From an uncultured Eubacteriales bacterium (GTDB lineage: Bacteria; Bacillota; Clostridia; Christensenellales; CAG-917), in NCBI GenBank assembly GCA_900549225.1, contig URNP01000005.1, positions 4,532 to 68,531 on the forward strand: 64,000 nucleotides of DNA, written 5' to 3'. The position numbers and the translations under genes were made by a program. Below are positions 1 through 11,500 of the stretch, in pieces. The notes beneath the pieces are model-generated. The model worked only from the letters and a program-made list of their open reading frames with translations, was not told the origin of the DNA and searched no databases. Every line of letters starts with the position of its first letter. Within the stretch, counting starts at the first letter, position 1.

Positions 1-3000
1 AATTTCGGTCTCGGAAACGAAATCAATTATCAAGCAGTGTTTGCAAACAGCCAAAATCCGTACGTTGTAAACAACAAGACGTTTGCAACTCTTTCTGACG
101 CGGTTTCAAGCATAGGAAGTAAACAAGGACTTGTAAGATTGCTCGCAAACGCACAAGAGGACAATATAAACGTTCCCTCCAACGTAACGTTGTTGCTCGT
201 ATACTCTGCTGACGACGAAGAAGGTTTGCTTGTCGGCGGCGGAAATGATCGCGTGAGTTGGAATTGCGGCGTAGATCCGTACGTCACTCTCACCGTCAAC
301 GGCAAACTCACCCTCAACGGCAAACTTATCGTCGGCGGTGTGCAACACAAGGCGGATCAATCCGCTCAAGGTCACACTTCGGGTGCTTACGCTCAAATGG
401 TCGTCAACGGCAGCGTTGAGATCGCAAACGGCGGTTATCTTGACGTGATCGGAAGAGTGACGGGCAACGGCACGATCACCGCAGTGAATGGCGCAACGCT
501 CCGTCAACCGTTCACAGTCAACAACTACGCAGGCGGTACGAATACGTACGCTTTGTATAACGCAAATCAATTCCCGTTCGTGCAGTTTGCTACGATCAAC
601 GTCGAGTGCAAGCAGATCGTCAATCACGGCGCAAAAGTGATCGGCTCAACGTCGCTCTACTTCTGGTCGAGCATCACAACGCAGGACGTCGTGCTTGTGG
701 ACAGCATCTCCAACAAGGCAACTTCGGGCGAAGGCGCGCTCATCTGGCTTGAGGAAAACAGCCGCCTCGAAATTTCCTACGACTCCAGCAAGAAAATAGA
801 CGCAAAGGTCGGCAACATCCACCTCGGTGACTTCGGCGTGACCACTATCGACGTATACGGAAAGATCACCGCAGGCGAATTCAGTCTGCAAGGCTACGGA
901 AGCGGTGAGATGGTGCTTGCAATTCCGTACACCTACAACTTCAATATCAAGAACCGCGCAACCGTCACAATCGATCAGGCATACAAGATTATGCCCGGCG
1001 CAATCGTCACGATTGAAAACGGTGCAACCGTCAATATCACCGAAAACGGCAAACTCTACGTTTACGACGGCTTGTATCAATCAAGCAAGGATGGCAAACG
1101 TTATCCGTATTACGACGAACTCGAAGGCTACGGCTTTGCAAAGAGCGGTATGCTTATCGTCAACGGTACGCTCAATATCAACGGCGTGTTTGCAGGTATC
1201 GCCCAAACCGTTGAGGGCGGCGAGATCAACGTCGGCGCAAACGCAAACGTCGCAAATCAAACTATCGTCGAGGGTTGCAACGACGGTTACGACTACAATA
1301 TGGCAACCTTCGATATGAGCGGCCGCGTGTACGGCGTCAACGGTTTTGTCAACCTCGAAAAAGGCAAGACCTACAGAACGTTCGCAAACAATGCGTTCAC
1401 TCTCAACTCGTTCACCAATAAATACTGGGTCGGCAGAAAAGACTCATGCAGTGAACAAGAGTTCACACTCACTTGTAATCAGGCAATGCAAGGCAGATTT
1501 GCAGAGTGGAACGGACAAAATTTCGTGCTTACGCTCACGTTCTATATCGGCACTGAACAGGCTGACGTCATCGTAAACGTCAACGGTAGCGACTATAAAA
1601 CAGATTCAAATGGCAAATTTACTTGCTCGGTTGAAGTCGCAAACGCAACCGATTCGATCAAGTATTACACCAAGAACGTTTACACGGCAGTGAAGAGCCA
1701 AACGCTCGTTTTGGATCAAGAAATGCAAACCCTTACGCACGTTGCAAGCGGCGTTGCTCTTAATAATGATAACGTGTACACGCGCGTGTACGATAAGGAC
1801 GGAGGACTCGTTCAAGACTTCAACCTCCTTGCAACCGTGTCCTTCTACGGCACGACCGATACCGAAAACGTTGCTTTGAGTTTTGACGAAAGCGCACTCG
1901 ATTCGTCCGTATACGTCAACAATGACGTTGCGCTCACGAATAGTTCGCTCGTAAACAGCCTCCACGCAAGATTGAACGTTGTTGGCAGTGACGTCGCTCA
2001 ATTCATCGACGACGTGAACAACCTCAAAAACGCAGACGATATCGTCGCAAGAGCAAACGAACTTTATACGACTTACGGAACGCTTCTTAAGAAAGGCACG
2101 GGCGACGACGTTGCATTTATCACAGCCTATTTGAACGGATATATCGGATTTGCAAGCAATATCGTCAAAGAAATCGCCATCAGTTCTGCGACGTACGGAG
2201 CCGGTGAAGTCAACGTGCAAATCACTTATATCAACGGCACTACCGCAACCGAAACCGCTACACTCTCCGATTGGAGAATGGACGCTTCGAGAATCGTGGC
2301 AACGGCAACTTTGGCATGCGATTATCAAGGCGCAAAGTACAATGTCACGAACACTTGCGACGGAAGCAAGAAAGAAGTTGCGCTCAACGCATTCACCGCA
2401 GACAGCGCAGTCTACGACGGCAATATGCACGCCGTGACGGCAACGCTTTCGGGACTTGCGAACTTTGATAACGACACGCTCGTTTACGCAACGGCAACGT
2501 TTGGCAAGGACGCGGGCGAATACAACGTTACGTTTGAACTCGCAGGCGAAAAGGCTGTGTTCTATACGCTTACGGGCAATAAGACGCACACTTGCACCGT
2601 TTCCGCAAAGGATATCACCGTAACCGTAAACGATGCGCAAGCGATCAAGGACAAGACGGAAACTATCGTGTTGGTTGCAAACGCAAGCGGTAACGTGGAC
2701 GAGATCACATTCACTTTTGCAATCTACAAGGGTGAAACGCTTGTGGCAACCGTTGGTAAAGACGGCAAAGTTACGCTCGCAGACGGACAATCGCTCGCAT
2801 TGGGCGAATACACCGTAAAAGCGGTTACGGACAACGCAAACTACAATATCGCAAGCCAAACGGCAGGCACGTTGAAGATCGTGGAAGCAAACGACTACTA
2901 CAACGTAGACTTCAATCTCGGCGGAACGAGCAAGGTCTACGACGGCAACGTGCTTGCGGTCAACCCAATCGTCAAGGTCAAAGCAACGGGTGCGCTTGTA

Positions 3001-5358
3001 GACGCAAGCAAGTATAGCGTGTCCGTAACGGGTAAAGGAACGCAAATTCTCGAAGCAGGCACTTATCAGATCGTCGTAACATTGGACGGCGAAACCATCG
3101 CACAAGAGAGTTTCAACGTCACCGCAAAGGACGTCACCGTGACTATCAAGCCGCAATCTTCGGTGTACGGCGAGGATATCAACGTTGATCAAACCGCTTA
3201 TACGGCAAGCGGAGTCGTTGGCAACGACGATCTCGGCATTACGCTCGCCAAAGCCGACGGAAGAAACGCAGGCAAGTACGATATAGTGGGCGCATGGAAC
3301 AATCACAACTACAAAGTCACGTTCGTAGGCGGCGAGAAAGCGTACGAAATCACCGCAAAGGCAATCGTCGTCGAGATCGAGAACAAAGAGAGTTTCTACG
3401 GTGAGAAAGACGCCGTGTTGAGCGCAAAACTCAAGGGTAGTCTCGCATACACCGATTCGTTCGATTCTCTGGGAATCAAACTCGTAAGAGCGACGGGCAA
3501 GAATGCGGGCACTTATGCAATCTCGCTGGATAGTTGGACGAACGAAAACTATACTATCACGGCAGAAAACGCAACATACACCGTTAAGAAGTTGGCATTG
3601 AGAGCGATCGTGGCAAACGCAACGAGCGTGTACGGAGATATGCTTGCAAAACTCACGTTTACTATAGAAGGTAAATTCGCAGAGGGCGAGAGTGTAGACG
3701 TACTCAACGCAAAACTTTCAATAGGCAACGCAAAGAACGCAGGCACGTACGCTATCGAGTTTGCTTACGACAACGCAAACTATGACGTGAACGCAACGAA
3801 AGCAACGTACACGATAACCAAGAGAGAAGTAACGCTTCGCGTGCTTGACGCAACGAGCGTGTACGGAAATCCGGATGCGGCATTCACCGTCAGCATCACT
3901 AAAGGCACTATGGCGGAAGGCGAAGACGCACAATCTCTCGTTTCTATCACGAGAGCGGAGGGCAGAAACGTCGGAACGTACGCAATCACCGCAACGAAGG
4001 CAGACAACGCAAACTACGACGTAACGCTCGTATACACGGGTGCAACGAATTCCGTGTACACTATAACCAAGCGCCCCGTAACCGTAACGGTGAAGAACGC
4101 AGACTTGCCCTATACGGCAAGTTGGGCAGAACTCAACTCGGCGTTGAGCTACGAATCTAACGTGCTCGCAGGCGACGAACTCAACGTAAGATTGTTCGTG
4201 CTTGTTGGCGGAGTTGAACTCACGGCAGACAACTTCGGAAGCATGTTTGCAGGCGGCACGCACGTGATAAGCGCAAGCATAGACAACGACAACTACGAAC
4301 TCAGCGCCGTGAACGGCACTCTTACGGTTGGCTTGCCCGTTGTATCTCTTACTAACGAAGCAAGCGGAATCACGAGAGTGTACGGAGATACGCAGAACGT
4401 GTTCAATTGGCGCACTATGCTTACGGGCTATCTTGCGTCCGCAACGGATAGTACGTTCAGGGCAGTGTTCTACAGCGCAAGCGATCTCACGACGCCTGTG
4501 GATATAGCAACGGCAGGCGCAGGCTCATACAAGATGCAGATAGAGATAGTGCACGCAACGGCATACGCGTTTGCAGACGGAAATAGCAAGTCCGAACTCG
4601 TGGACGTAACCGTTGAGAAGAAGGATCTTACGGAATCCATAGTTATAACACTTAGCGGACTCACGGACGGCGGATATTTGGTGTTCTCGTACGGTTTGAG
4701 TATAGACGCAAGCGTAACGGACTACGACGACGTAGATATCTTGAAGGTACTCACCAAAGACGGGGAGAGCGCAACGGAAATAGACGCAGTGGGCGCATAC
4801 GAATACACTGCGACGATTCAAAGCGCAAATTACAAAGGCGCAAAGACACTGCAATTCAAGGTTGTGAACTCTGCGGAAGACAAGATAGAAGATCTGAAGA
4901 AGTATGCGGAAGTCGAGTTCCTCACGAGAGCGCAGTATGCGGAAGCGAAAGCGCTTTTGGATAGCGTGAACGAAGACGATACTTTGCAGATAAACGACGA
5001 CGCGGAAGCAAAAGCGAATTATGCAAACGTAGAAGCGCTTTGTGCGAACTATGCAAAGGTAGCGACGAATCTGGACGAGATAAAGGATATGTTGGACGCA
5101 TATGCGGAAGGCGAGAGCAAGAAACTCATAGAAGCGCACGATTATATCGTTGCTTTGGACGAAGAGAAACTAGCGCTTGTGAAGCAGAGTGAAGAAGGCA
5201 AGGCGTACCAAGAGGCATGGCAAGCGGCAAGAGCGGAAGGCGCAGAAGCGACTGAGATAGCGAACAAGGTAAGAGATAACGTTTTGTTCGGAGTAGTTGC
5301 GGCAGTGAGCGCATTGCTTGCAATGGCGTACGTAGCGTTTGGCAAGTTCAGAGTCTGA
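1..5358 (+). CDS. Giant cell-surface protein, 5' end cut by window edge: beta-helix-like N-terminal region, MBG(YGX)-type repeat array, Ala/Glu/Lys coiled-coil stalk, C-terminal TM anchor
   Basis: Frame 1 has no stop from base 1 to TGA 5356-5358, so the GTG at 37 in the ORF track is probably internal. Recurrent modules carry VYG(D/E) or YDGN, then NAG(T/K)Y, then NANY(D/N), then YT(I/V)(T/K)K. C-terminal hydrophobic stretch VLFGVVAAVSALLAMAYVAFGKF. Confidence 0.8.
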   Translation, partial: NFGLGNEINYQAVFANSQNPYVVNNKTFATLSDAVSSIGSKQGLVRLLANAQEDNINVPSNVTLLLVYSADDEEGLLVGGGNDRVSWNCGVDPYVTLTVNGKLTLNGKLIVGGVQHKADQSAQGHTSGAYAQMVVNGSVEIANGGYLDVIGRVTGNGTITAVNGATLRQPFTVNNYAGGTNTYALYNANQFPFVQFATINVECKQIVNHGAKVIGSTSLYFWSSITTQDVVLVDSISNKATSGEGALIWLEENSRLEISYDSSKKIDAKVGNIHLGDFGVTTIDVYGKITAGEFSLQGYGSGEMVLAIPYTYNFNIKNRATVTIDQAYKIMPGAIVTIENGATVNITENGKLYVYDGLYQSSKDGKRYPYYDELEGYGFAKSGMLIVNGTLNINGVFAGIAQTVEGGEINVGANANVANQTIVEGCNDGYDYNMATFDMSGRVYGVNGFVNLEKGKTYRTFANNAFTLNSFTNKYWVGRKDSCSEQEFTLTCNQAMQGRFAEWNGQNFVLTLTFYIGTEQADVIVNVNGSDYKTDSNGKFTCSVEVANATDSIKYYTKNVYTAVKSQTLVLDQEMQTLTHVASGVALNNDNVYTRVYDKDGGLVQDFNLLATVSFYGTTDTENVALSFDESALDSSVYVNNDVALTNSSLVNSLHARLNVVGSDVAQFIDDVNNLKNADDIVARANELYTTYGTLLKKGTGDDVAFITAYLNGYIGFASNIVKEIAISSATYGAGEVNVQITYINGTTATETATLSDWRMDASRIVATATLACDYQGAKYNVTNTCDGSKKEVALNAFTADSAVYDGNMHAVTATLSGLANFDNDTLVYATATFGKDAGEYNVTFELAGEKAVFYTLTGNKTHTCTVSAKDITVTVNDAQAIKDKTETIVLVANASGNVDEITFTFAIYKGETLVATVGKDGKVTLADGQSLALGEYTVKAVTDNANYNIASQTAGTLKIVEANDYYNVDFNLGGTSKVYDGNVLAVNPIVKVKATGALVDASKYSVSVTGKGTQILEAGTYQIVVTLDGETIAQESFNVTAKDVTVTIKPQSSVYGEDINVDQTAYTASGVVGNDDLGITLAKADGRNAGKYDIVGAWNNHNYKVTFVGGEKAYEITAKAIVVEIENKESFYGEKDAVLSAKLKGSLAYTDSFDSLGIKLVRATGKNAGTYAISLDSWTNENYTITAENATYTVKKLALRAIVANATSVYGDMLAKLTFTIEGKFAEGESVDVLNAKLSIGNAKNAGTYAIEFAYDNANYDVNATKATYTITKREVTLRVLDATSVYGNPDAAFTVSITKGTMAEGEDAQSLVSITRAEGRNVGTYAITATKADNANYDVTLVYTGATNSVYTITKRPVTVTVKNADLPYTASWAELNSALSYESNVLAGDELNVRLFVLVGGVELTADNFGSMFAGGTHVISASIDNDNYELSAVNGTLTVGLPVVSLTNEASGITRVYGDTQNVFNWRTMLTGYLASATDSTFRAVFYSASDLTTPVDIATAGAGSYKMQIEIVHATAYAFADGNSKSELVDVTVEKKDLTESIVITLSGLTDGGYLVFSYGLSIDASVTDYDDVDILKVLTKDGESATEIDAVGAYEYTATIQSANYKGAKTLQFKVVNSAEDKIEDLKKYAEVEFLTRAQYAEAKALLDSVNEDDTLQINDDAEAKANYANVEALCANYAKVATNLDEIKDMLDAYAEGESKKLIEAHDYIVALDEEKLALVKQSEEGKAYQEAWQAARAEGAEATEIANKVRDNVLFGVVAAVSALLAMAYVAFGKFRV
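2419..4330 (+). repeat. Array of at least six MBG-like ~80-aa coding repeats inside the giant surface protein
   Basis: Repeated protein blocks, e.g. SVYGEDINV..NAGKYDIVGAWNNHNYKVTF, SFYGEKDAV..NAGTYAISLDSWTNENYTIT, SVYGDMLAK..NAGTYAIEFAYDNANYDVNA, SVYGNPDAA..NVGTYAITATKADNANYDVTL. Confidence 0.75.
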
Positions 5359-5373
5359 TAGGAGGAATGAAAA

Positions 5374-5937
5374 ATGAAACGCAGAAATATAGCGATAATA
5401 ATCTTGATGCTGCTGATTACCGTTTTGACACTGGCGGCGTGCAACGACACGACGCAAGGGGACAAACTTGCGTGGGTAGACGCATTGAGCAAAGGCAGTG
5501 AAGCAAAGAGCGTGGAATACGCGCAAAGCGTGACGAAAGGCGAAACGTTGCTTACCTCTTGCGAGCAGAAGTACGCGAAGGGCGAAACGAACTGGACGTA
5601 CGAGAAGACGGAAAAGGCGTTGAGTGAAGACGCATACGCAAGCGACGCGTACACCGAAACGGTAACGAGCGGAAGCGTGGACAATGCCCCGATACTTCAA
5701 CTTGAAAAGAGCATGGTTGAGAGCTTCGAGGAGAAAGGAGAAGAGGAAAAAGAGTACGCAGTGAAGTTGTTTGCGGACAAGGTGAAGACGTTCCTTAAAC
5801 TTAGCGACGCGGAAGCGGCGAAGGTGAGCGGAGTGAAACTTGTGATAACGGTAACAAACGACAGAGTGACGAGCGTAACGCTTGAGTACAAGATTTCCGA
5901 CACGAGCGTACAACAAACCCTGAAGTACGCTTATTGA
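5374..5937 (+). CDS. Putative lipoprotein, function unknown
   Basis: RBS taggagga lies upstream. Signal peptide MKRRNIAIIILMLLITVLTLAAC carries a lipobox L-A-A-C. The gene is 16 nt after the giant protein stop. Confidence 0.7.
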   Translation: MKRRNIAIIILMLLITVLTLAACNDTTQGDKLAWVDALSKGSEAKSVEYAQSVTKGETLLTSCEQKYAKGETNWTYEKTEKALSEDAYASDAYTETVTSGSVDNAPILQLEKSMVESFEEKGEEEKEYAVKLFADKVKTFLKLSDAEAAKVSGVKLVITVTNDRVTSVTLEYKISDTSVQQTLKYAY

Positions 5938-5951
5938 CAAAAAACAGCGCT

Positions 5952-5981
5952 TATGCGCCGAGGTTTTTCCCTCGGCGCATA
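5952..5981 (+). other. Perfect 12-bp stem-loop between lipoprotein and ABC ATPase genes, with no downstream U-tract
   Basis: tatgcgccgagg (5952-5963) pairs with cctcggcgcata (5970-5981) around loop tttttc. It is followed by ggcaaaaaaac rather than a T-run. Confidence 0.4.
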
Positions 5982-6010
5982 GGCAAAAAAACAATATAAG
6001 AGAGCAACAA

Positions 6011-6853
6011 ATGACAAACGACAATTCAAACAAACAAAACTTGCCCGAAAAAGATGTCGTCTTGAAAGACGTCGAAATTTCAAACGATTCCGTCGTTTCG
6101 GAAAACGCAAGCGAAAAAGAGGACCTTATCGTTGAAATCAAAGGCTTGTACAAAAAGTACGCAAAAGCCGCGGATTTCGTCATTCACGATATCAATATCG
6201 AGTGCCGTTCCGGTGAAATCGTAGGATTGCTGGGCAAAAACGGCGCGGGCAAATCGACGACGATAAAGTGCCTTACGGGGTTCTTCCCGTTCGATAAGGG
6301 CGAAATTAAGATTTGCGGACACGATATAAAAACCGAGCCCGTAAAAGCAAAGATGAATTTAGGTTACGTTCCCGACAACAGAGCGATGTTCGACAAAATG
6401 ACGGGAACGGAATATATAAATTTTATTGCCGACTTGCACAAAACGCCCGTTGAAGACAGAGTGGCGCGCATTGACGAGATGCAAAAAATCTTCGTTCTCG
6501 GCGACAAAATCGACGCGCTTATATCGTCGTATTCGTACGGTATGCGCCAAAAAATCTGTCTTATGGCGTCGCTCATTCATCAGCCTAAACTCTGGCTTTT
6601 GGACGAGCCTCTCACAGGACTCGATCCGCAGACGAGCAAGGCGCTCAGAGAGTATATGCAAGTGTACAAGGCAAAAGGAAACGGCGTGCTCTACTCCTCG
6701 CACAATCTCGACGCAGTGGAAAAAACCTGCGACAGAGCGTATATCATCAACAAAGGTCGTATCGTTGAAGATATCGTAATTGCCGATTTCAAAAAGAACA
6801 ATCCCGACAAAACGCTCGAAGATGCGTTTATCGAAGAATTTGAGGACGATTGA
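6011..6853 (+). CDS. ABC transporter ATP-binding protein with ~40-aa acidic N-terminal extension
   Basis: Walker A GLLGKNGAGKST, signature-like YSYGMRQK, Walker B KLWLLDEPLTGLD, H-loop SSHNL. Confidence 0.9.
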   Translation: MTNDNSNKQNLPEKDVVLKDVEISNDSVVSENASEKEDLIVEIKGLYKKYAKAADFVIHDINIECRSGEIVGLLGKNGAGKSTTIKCLTGFFPFDKGEIKICGHDIKTEPVKAKMNLGYVPDNRAMFDKMTGTEYINFIADLHKTPVEDRVARIDEMQKIFVLGDKIDALISSYSYGMRQKICLMASLIHQPKLWLLDEPLTGLDPQTSKALREYMQVYKAKGNGVLYSSHNLDAVEKTCDRAYIINKGRIVEDIVIADFKKNNPDKTLEDAFIEEFEDD

Positions 6854-8523
6854 TGAATAACGTTATTTTGCTGTTCAAAAAGGATTTTGCCGAACGCTTT
6901 TCGTCAACTTTCCACAAAGAAAAGGGTAGAAAGGACGTTTTTGGCATTCTATCGACGTTTTTGCTTCTTGCCTTGCTGTACGGTACGTTCATTTTCGTCT
7001 ATTACAGATTTGCCAAAATGTACGTTTCGACAACGTTCGAGGTGGCAAACGCCGCTCACGACAGGGCCTACGAATTGCTCACGATGATATACGGAGCGGT
7101 ATTTTTGATAAACGTTGCCGTAGGTGCGAAAAACATTCACTCGGCGCTGTCCGAAAGCAGAGATATCGAAGTGCTTTTGTGTCAACCCATAAGTTCTGGC
7201 GAACTGTTTGCGTACAAATTCCTTAAGATATATTTCGCACAGTTTTTGTCCACGGTTTTGGTGTTGTTGCCTGCGTGCATAGTCGTTGACGTGCTTTCCC
7301 CGCTCGGAGGAGGGGGGTATTACGTCGCGCTCGTGTCGCACCTGTTTTTAGCGCCGATGGTGTCTTGCGCGGTCGCTTCGCTCATAGCAATACCAATCAA
7401 CTACGTCATTAGATTCATCTCAAACAGATTTATTCTGCACCTTTTGGTTTACATAGCGATTCTCGGCGTAAGTTTTTGGGCTTATAGTTTGTTTTTGGAA
7501 CAATTGACTTCGCTGATTCAATCGGGCGATTTGAAATTCGTGTTCGACAGACTCACGATAACGAGAATCTCCAACGTGACGGCAAATCTTTATCCCGTCA
7601 ACTTGTTCTCGAATATGCTCGTCGGAAAAGATCTCGTTTTGAGCGTGCTAGTGATTCTTGCAATCGGCGTGGTGGGATTTACGGCGTCGTGGCTACTCAT
7701 AAGAGCAATGTACAACAAAATCCTGCAAAAGCGCATGGAGGGTGAACTTAAAACTTATCATAAGAAGAAAAAAATCAAATTCCGCTCTCCTATGGCAAGT
7801 TTGATGTACAAAGAGTTTATCGTGATTCTGCGCACGCCCTCGTACGCGTTTCAATACTTCGCGACGACGTTCACCTTGCCGCTTATGGTTTACGTGTGTG
7901 TAAACCTTATGCAATCGATGATGAAATCACTCACCGTCGTGCAATGCGACTATGAAATCGCGATATTCGTCATTTCCATGTTTGCGGTGCTCACAAACAC
8001 GTTCTGCACCACAAACGTCAGCAGGGACGGCAAAATGCTCGGTATGCTCAAAACCCTCCCGATAGAGGGCAAAACGGTCATTTGGAGCAAGATTTTGTTC
8101 TGCCTTGCGGTTTCTGAATTTTCCATACTTGCGTCGAGCGTCGTTTTGCTCGCGGTGGGATATCTCAACTGGTGGCAGACGATAGTCATATTCGTGTTTG
8201 CAAGTTTGCTGTCCTTTGCGGAAATCGCTTTTGCGACTCGCAAAGACTTGGCAAAACCCAACCTTCCCGACAGCGAAAGAGAAGAGGTGGAAGAGGGCAA
8301 CAATACGATATCGGCGGTCATATTCCTCGGCCTTATCGTGAGCATAATTATGGGTGCGGGCGCGGTTGCGCTCTCGCTCATACTGTCGATTGCGGGCACT
8401 TCGGAGCAAGCGCTCGCCGCGTCGATTTGCTTCGTTGCGATAATCGTTATTGCGGTGTTCGTCGGCGCATTCGTTTATCTCGTCAAAGGGTTGAACGAAC
8501 AATTCTATACTTCGGAAAATTAG
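6853..8523 (+). CDS. ABC transporter permease (polytopic, ABC-2-like), partner of the upstream ATPase
   Basis: ATG 6853 overlaps the ATPase TGA (TGATG). A TTG at 6850 is an alternative start. Many hydrophobic segments run across the 556 aa. Confidence 0.75.
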   Translation: MNNVILLFKKDFAERFSSTFHKEKGRKDVFGILSTFLLLALLYGTFIFVYYRFAKMYVSTTFEVANAAHDRAYELLTMIYGAVFLINVAVGAKNIHSALSESRDIEVLLCQPISSGELFAYKFLKIYFAQFLSTVLVLLPACIVVDVLSPLGGGGYYVALVSHLFLAPMVSCAVASLIAIPINYVIRFISNRFILHLLVYIAILGVSFWAYSLFLEQLTSLIQSGDLKFVFDRLTITRISNVTANLYPVNLFSNMLVGKDLVLSVLVILAIGVVGFTASWLLIRAMYNKILQKRMEGELKTYHKKKKIKFRSPMASLMYKEFIVILRTPSYAFQYFATTFTLPLMVYVCVNLMQSMMKSLTVVQCDYEIAIFVISMFAVLTNTFCTTNVSRDGKMLGMLKTLPIEGKTVIWSKILFCLAVSEFSILASSVVLLAVGYLNWWQTIVIFVFASLLSFAEIAFATRKDLAKPNLPDSEREEVEEGNNTISAVIFLGLIVSIIMGAGAVALSLILSIAGTSEQALAASICFVAIIVIAVFVGAFVYLVKGLNEQFYTSEN

Positions 8524-8536
8524 GAGGGAGCGAATC

Positions 8537-11500
8537 GTGAAAAATATGAAATTAAGAGTCGTCGCTCTCATACTGGTGATACCGCTCTTGCTGATTTTTA
8601 CCACGTCGTCCGTCACCAAGACGGTGGATATTCTCGTTGACGTGCCCGTAAAGAGCGTCAAAATCGCAGATATTGCGGAAAAGAGTGTGGATATCGCAAC
8701 GGGACAAGGCGTGGCAATCTCTGCGTCGGTTGAGCCGTCAAACGCAACCAATTCCACGATAATTTTGTCGGACGAAGCAACGAAAGGCAAGGAAGACAAC
8801 AAGGCAAGCGTCGTCATCAAGGACGGCGTGGTCTATCCGCTCACGGCAGGCAACGTCACAATAAAAGCGGCCGCGGGCGAGAAATTCGACACCGTGGATT
8901 TGTATTTCTTCTCCTCCAAGCCTATGAACGGCGATATGAGTGTGAAAGAAGCCGTCGTAACGCTCAAGGAAGGCGCAAATTTCAGCGCAATGTCCAACTT
9001 CGACCTCAAATCCGACGCCGTCGACAAAGTCGAATACTCCGTTGACGACGAATCGGTCGCTTCGATAAACGCGAATTTCGGAACGATAACCGCACTTGCT
9101 CCCGGCAAAACGAAAGTGACTGCAAAATACGACGGAATCGAAGTCAAAGAAGACGGCTTGATTGAAAACGAATCTTTTGAACAGTCCTTTGAACTCGAAG
9201 TGTCCATCGACAAAGAAAAGAATCCCGACGGCGTAACGCTCGGCGCAAACGAAGAGACACAATTCGTTGACGTCAAAAAGGATCAACTTTTGAGCACTTT
9301 CTATTTCTGGTTTGACGATACGCATAAATTCGGCGATTTCGTGCTTGATTTTGACAATGAAATCATCGAAAGCGCAACGCCCACGCTCGTTTCCGATGGC
9401 AAAGTCAAAGTGGACGTGGTTTACAAAACGGCCGCGAAGACGAAGGGCGGTTGTATCGTTGCGATAAAGAAGGACGGAAACGTGCTAAAAGAACATAAAA
9501 TCGCATTTGACGAAAATTTCCACCCGGGAGACGATCCTTCGGAAATTTCGCTTTCGTATATAACCAAAGATTTCGTTATCGTGCAGAGTTCTACTACGAG
9601 TTACAGACCGTACGCCACGATCGTTGACGAAAACGGCAAAGAAATCGATTCGAAGAAGTATTACGCCGTGTTCAAATCCGACAACGAAGACTTGCTTTTG
9701 ACAAAGTATACCGCAGGTTGCACGGTCATAGGCAAGGAAGAAGGTGAAGTCAGAGTGAGCGTAACGCTGCTCAGAAAGTCGGATAACGTTCAGGTGGCGT
9801 TCCTCAACACGACGATAAAAGTCATCAAACCGTACAAGAATTTGCATATTCAATCGGAGAAAATGACGGTGCACACCAACCATTCGTCGCTTGATGGCAC
9901 GGTTGCGATAGGCGAGTATTCTTACTCGGCAAATACGCTCGGAAAATATAACTCCCTCGATGCGGGACTCGTTCCCGTTGACGGAACTTACAGCAACAAC
10001 ACCACGGGGTTCGATTCTGACAAAGTCGTGTGGAGTTCAACCGACGAAAGCATAGCAAAATACGAAAACGGTCGTCTCGTGCTCGGCGAAAACGGAGGAG
10101 AAGTCATGCTCACAGTCAAAAACGACGTGACGACTGAGATTGCAGAATACGACAATTGCGTGGCAAGCATCACGATATTCGTCGTCAAGGACGGCGTGAA
10201 CGTATCGACCGAAAAGCAATTGACGGACACTTGGAAAGACGGCACGAAAGCGGCGGTTTTGACAAAAGATATCCGCATTGCAGAGTTCGTGGACAAGGAT
10301 ATAGACGATACGAGCAAACTCGAAGAAGTCATCAACAAGGCAAAATCATACCTCAAAACCATGCGAACGACGGGCGAAGGCGCGTATTTCGTGAACAACG
10401 GTATCGAGGACAAAGCCACCGTGAATTACCTCTTTGAGATAACCACGAGTTTGTACGGCAACGGTTATAGCATCGACGCGGACGCACTCACTCGTCAACT
10501 TGACAAGAAGGGCGGCTCGCCGCTGTTCAGAGGCCCGCTCGACCTCGTCAGATACGCAGAAAGCGGCACGCAGAACGCTTCCGTAAAAGCGCAGGACAAT
10601 ATCGTGTTCCTCGTCAAAAACAACGGAATCACCATTTCAAACGTTGAGTTGAAGGGGTGCTCGGACGAGTCTATTCTCGACAAAGAAGGCAAGAGTATCG
10701 ACCTTACGCTTCTCGACAGAGTGGGAACGGTGCTCGAAGTTGTCGGTGACGATTGCACGATTTCCTATTCGAGAATCAACAACGGTCGCACCGTCGTGAG
10801 GATTTACGGCAAGGCGTATCAGAAGAACGCTACGATAACTGCCGACAATGCGGATTTCTACCGCGTCAACGCAACTATTAACAACTCGATTTTGAGTTAC
10901 GGCAGAGAGTTTATCCTCAAGATAGGCACAAACTTCACGAAGAAGATGCCGTTTGACAGCCACGGACTCAATTACCTTTCTGGTGAATATAACGCTTCGA
11001 GAGACGCATATCTCTACGACGAAGCGTCGCCGTTCCTCACAAAAGCGGACGGATCGAAGTATATTCCCGACGCAATCGCAAATGCGACCGACGAATATTT
11101 CTACGACAACTACGTTCTCACCGACGTCACCGTTGAGAACAGCGTGTTCAGAAATGCGGGCTTGTTCAGCGTGGGACTCGAAAGCACGTTTGGCGGTCTG
11201 TGCTTGCACGGATTCGATTACAACAGCAACTATCTTTTCGGCAAGAAAACCTCGTACACTTCGCCAACGGGCAGAACGGGTATAGGTTGGGCAGGCGTGG
11301 CAGGCACTTCGTATCCTGCGGCATTGCGTCTCAAAGGCGACGTTCGTTTCTACGATTGGAAACAACTCTCGTCCGTCAACAGCGACACGCTCATCGAAGG
11401 CTCGGAGCAGTTGCTTTCCGCAATAGGTTTGAATATGGATATATCCAAACTTATCGAAACGTTCGCAAAAGGCGCGAATTCCGACATCGTATCCGTCTTT

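Noticed and set aside
1606-3306. Long antisense ORFs opposite well-supported genes. Examples: 1606-3306(-), 18057-19190(+), 30200-31579(-), 35407-36630(-), 38342-39853(-), 44415-45593(+), 49827-50894(-), 10637-11635(-), 32116-33153(-).
   Set aside because: Each lies entirely inside a gene whose product has clear family motifs on the other strand. Their translations are Cys/Arg/His/Val-rich with no recognisable motif and no RBS. These are typical shadow ORFs of moderately GC-rich coding DNA.
7309-7317. G-run (ggaGGGGGGt) inside the ABC permease as a possible slipped-strand phase-variation tract.
   Set aside because: It is only six consecutive G residues and encodes a Gly run in a loop. That is too short to argue for phase variation without population data.
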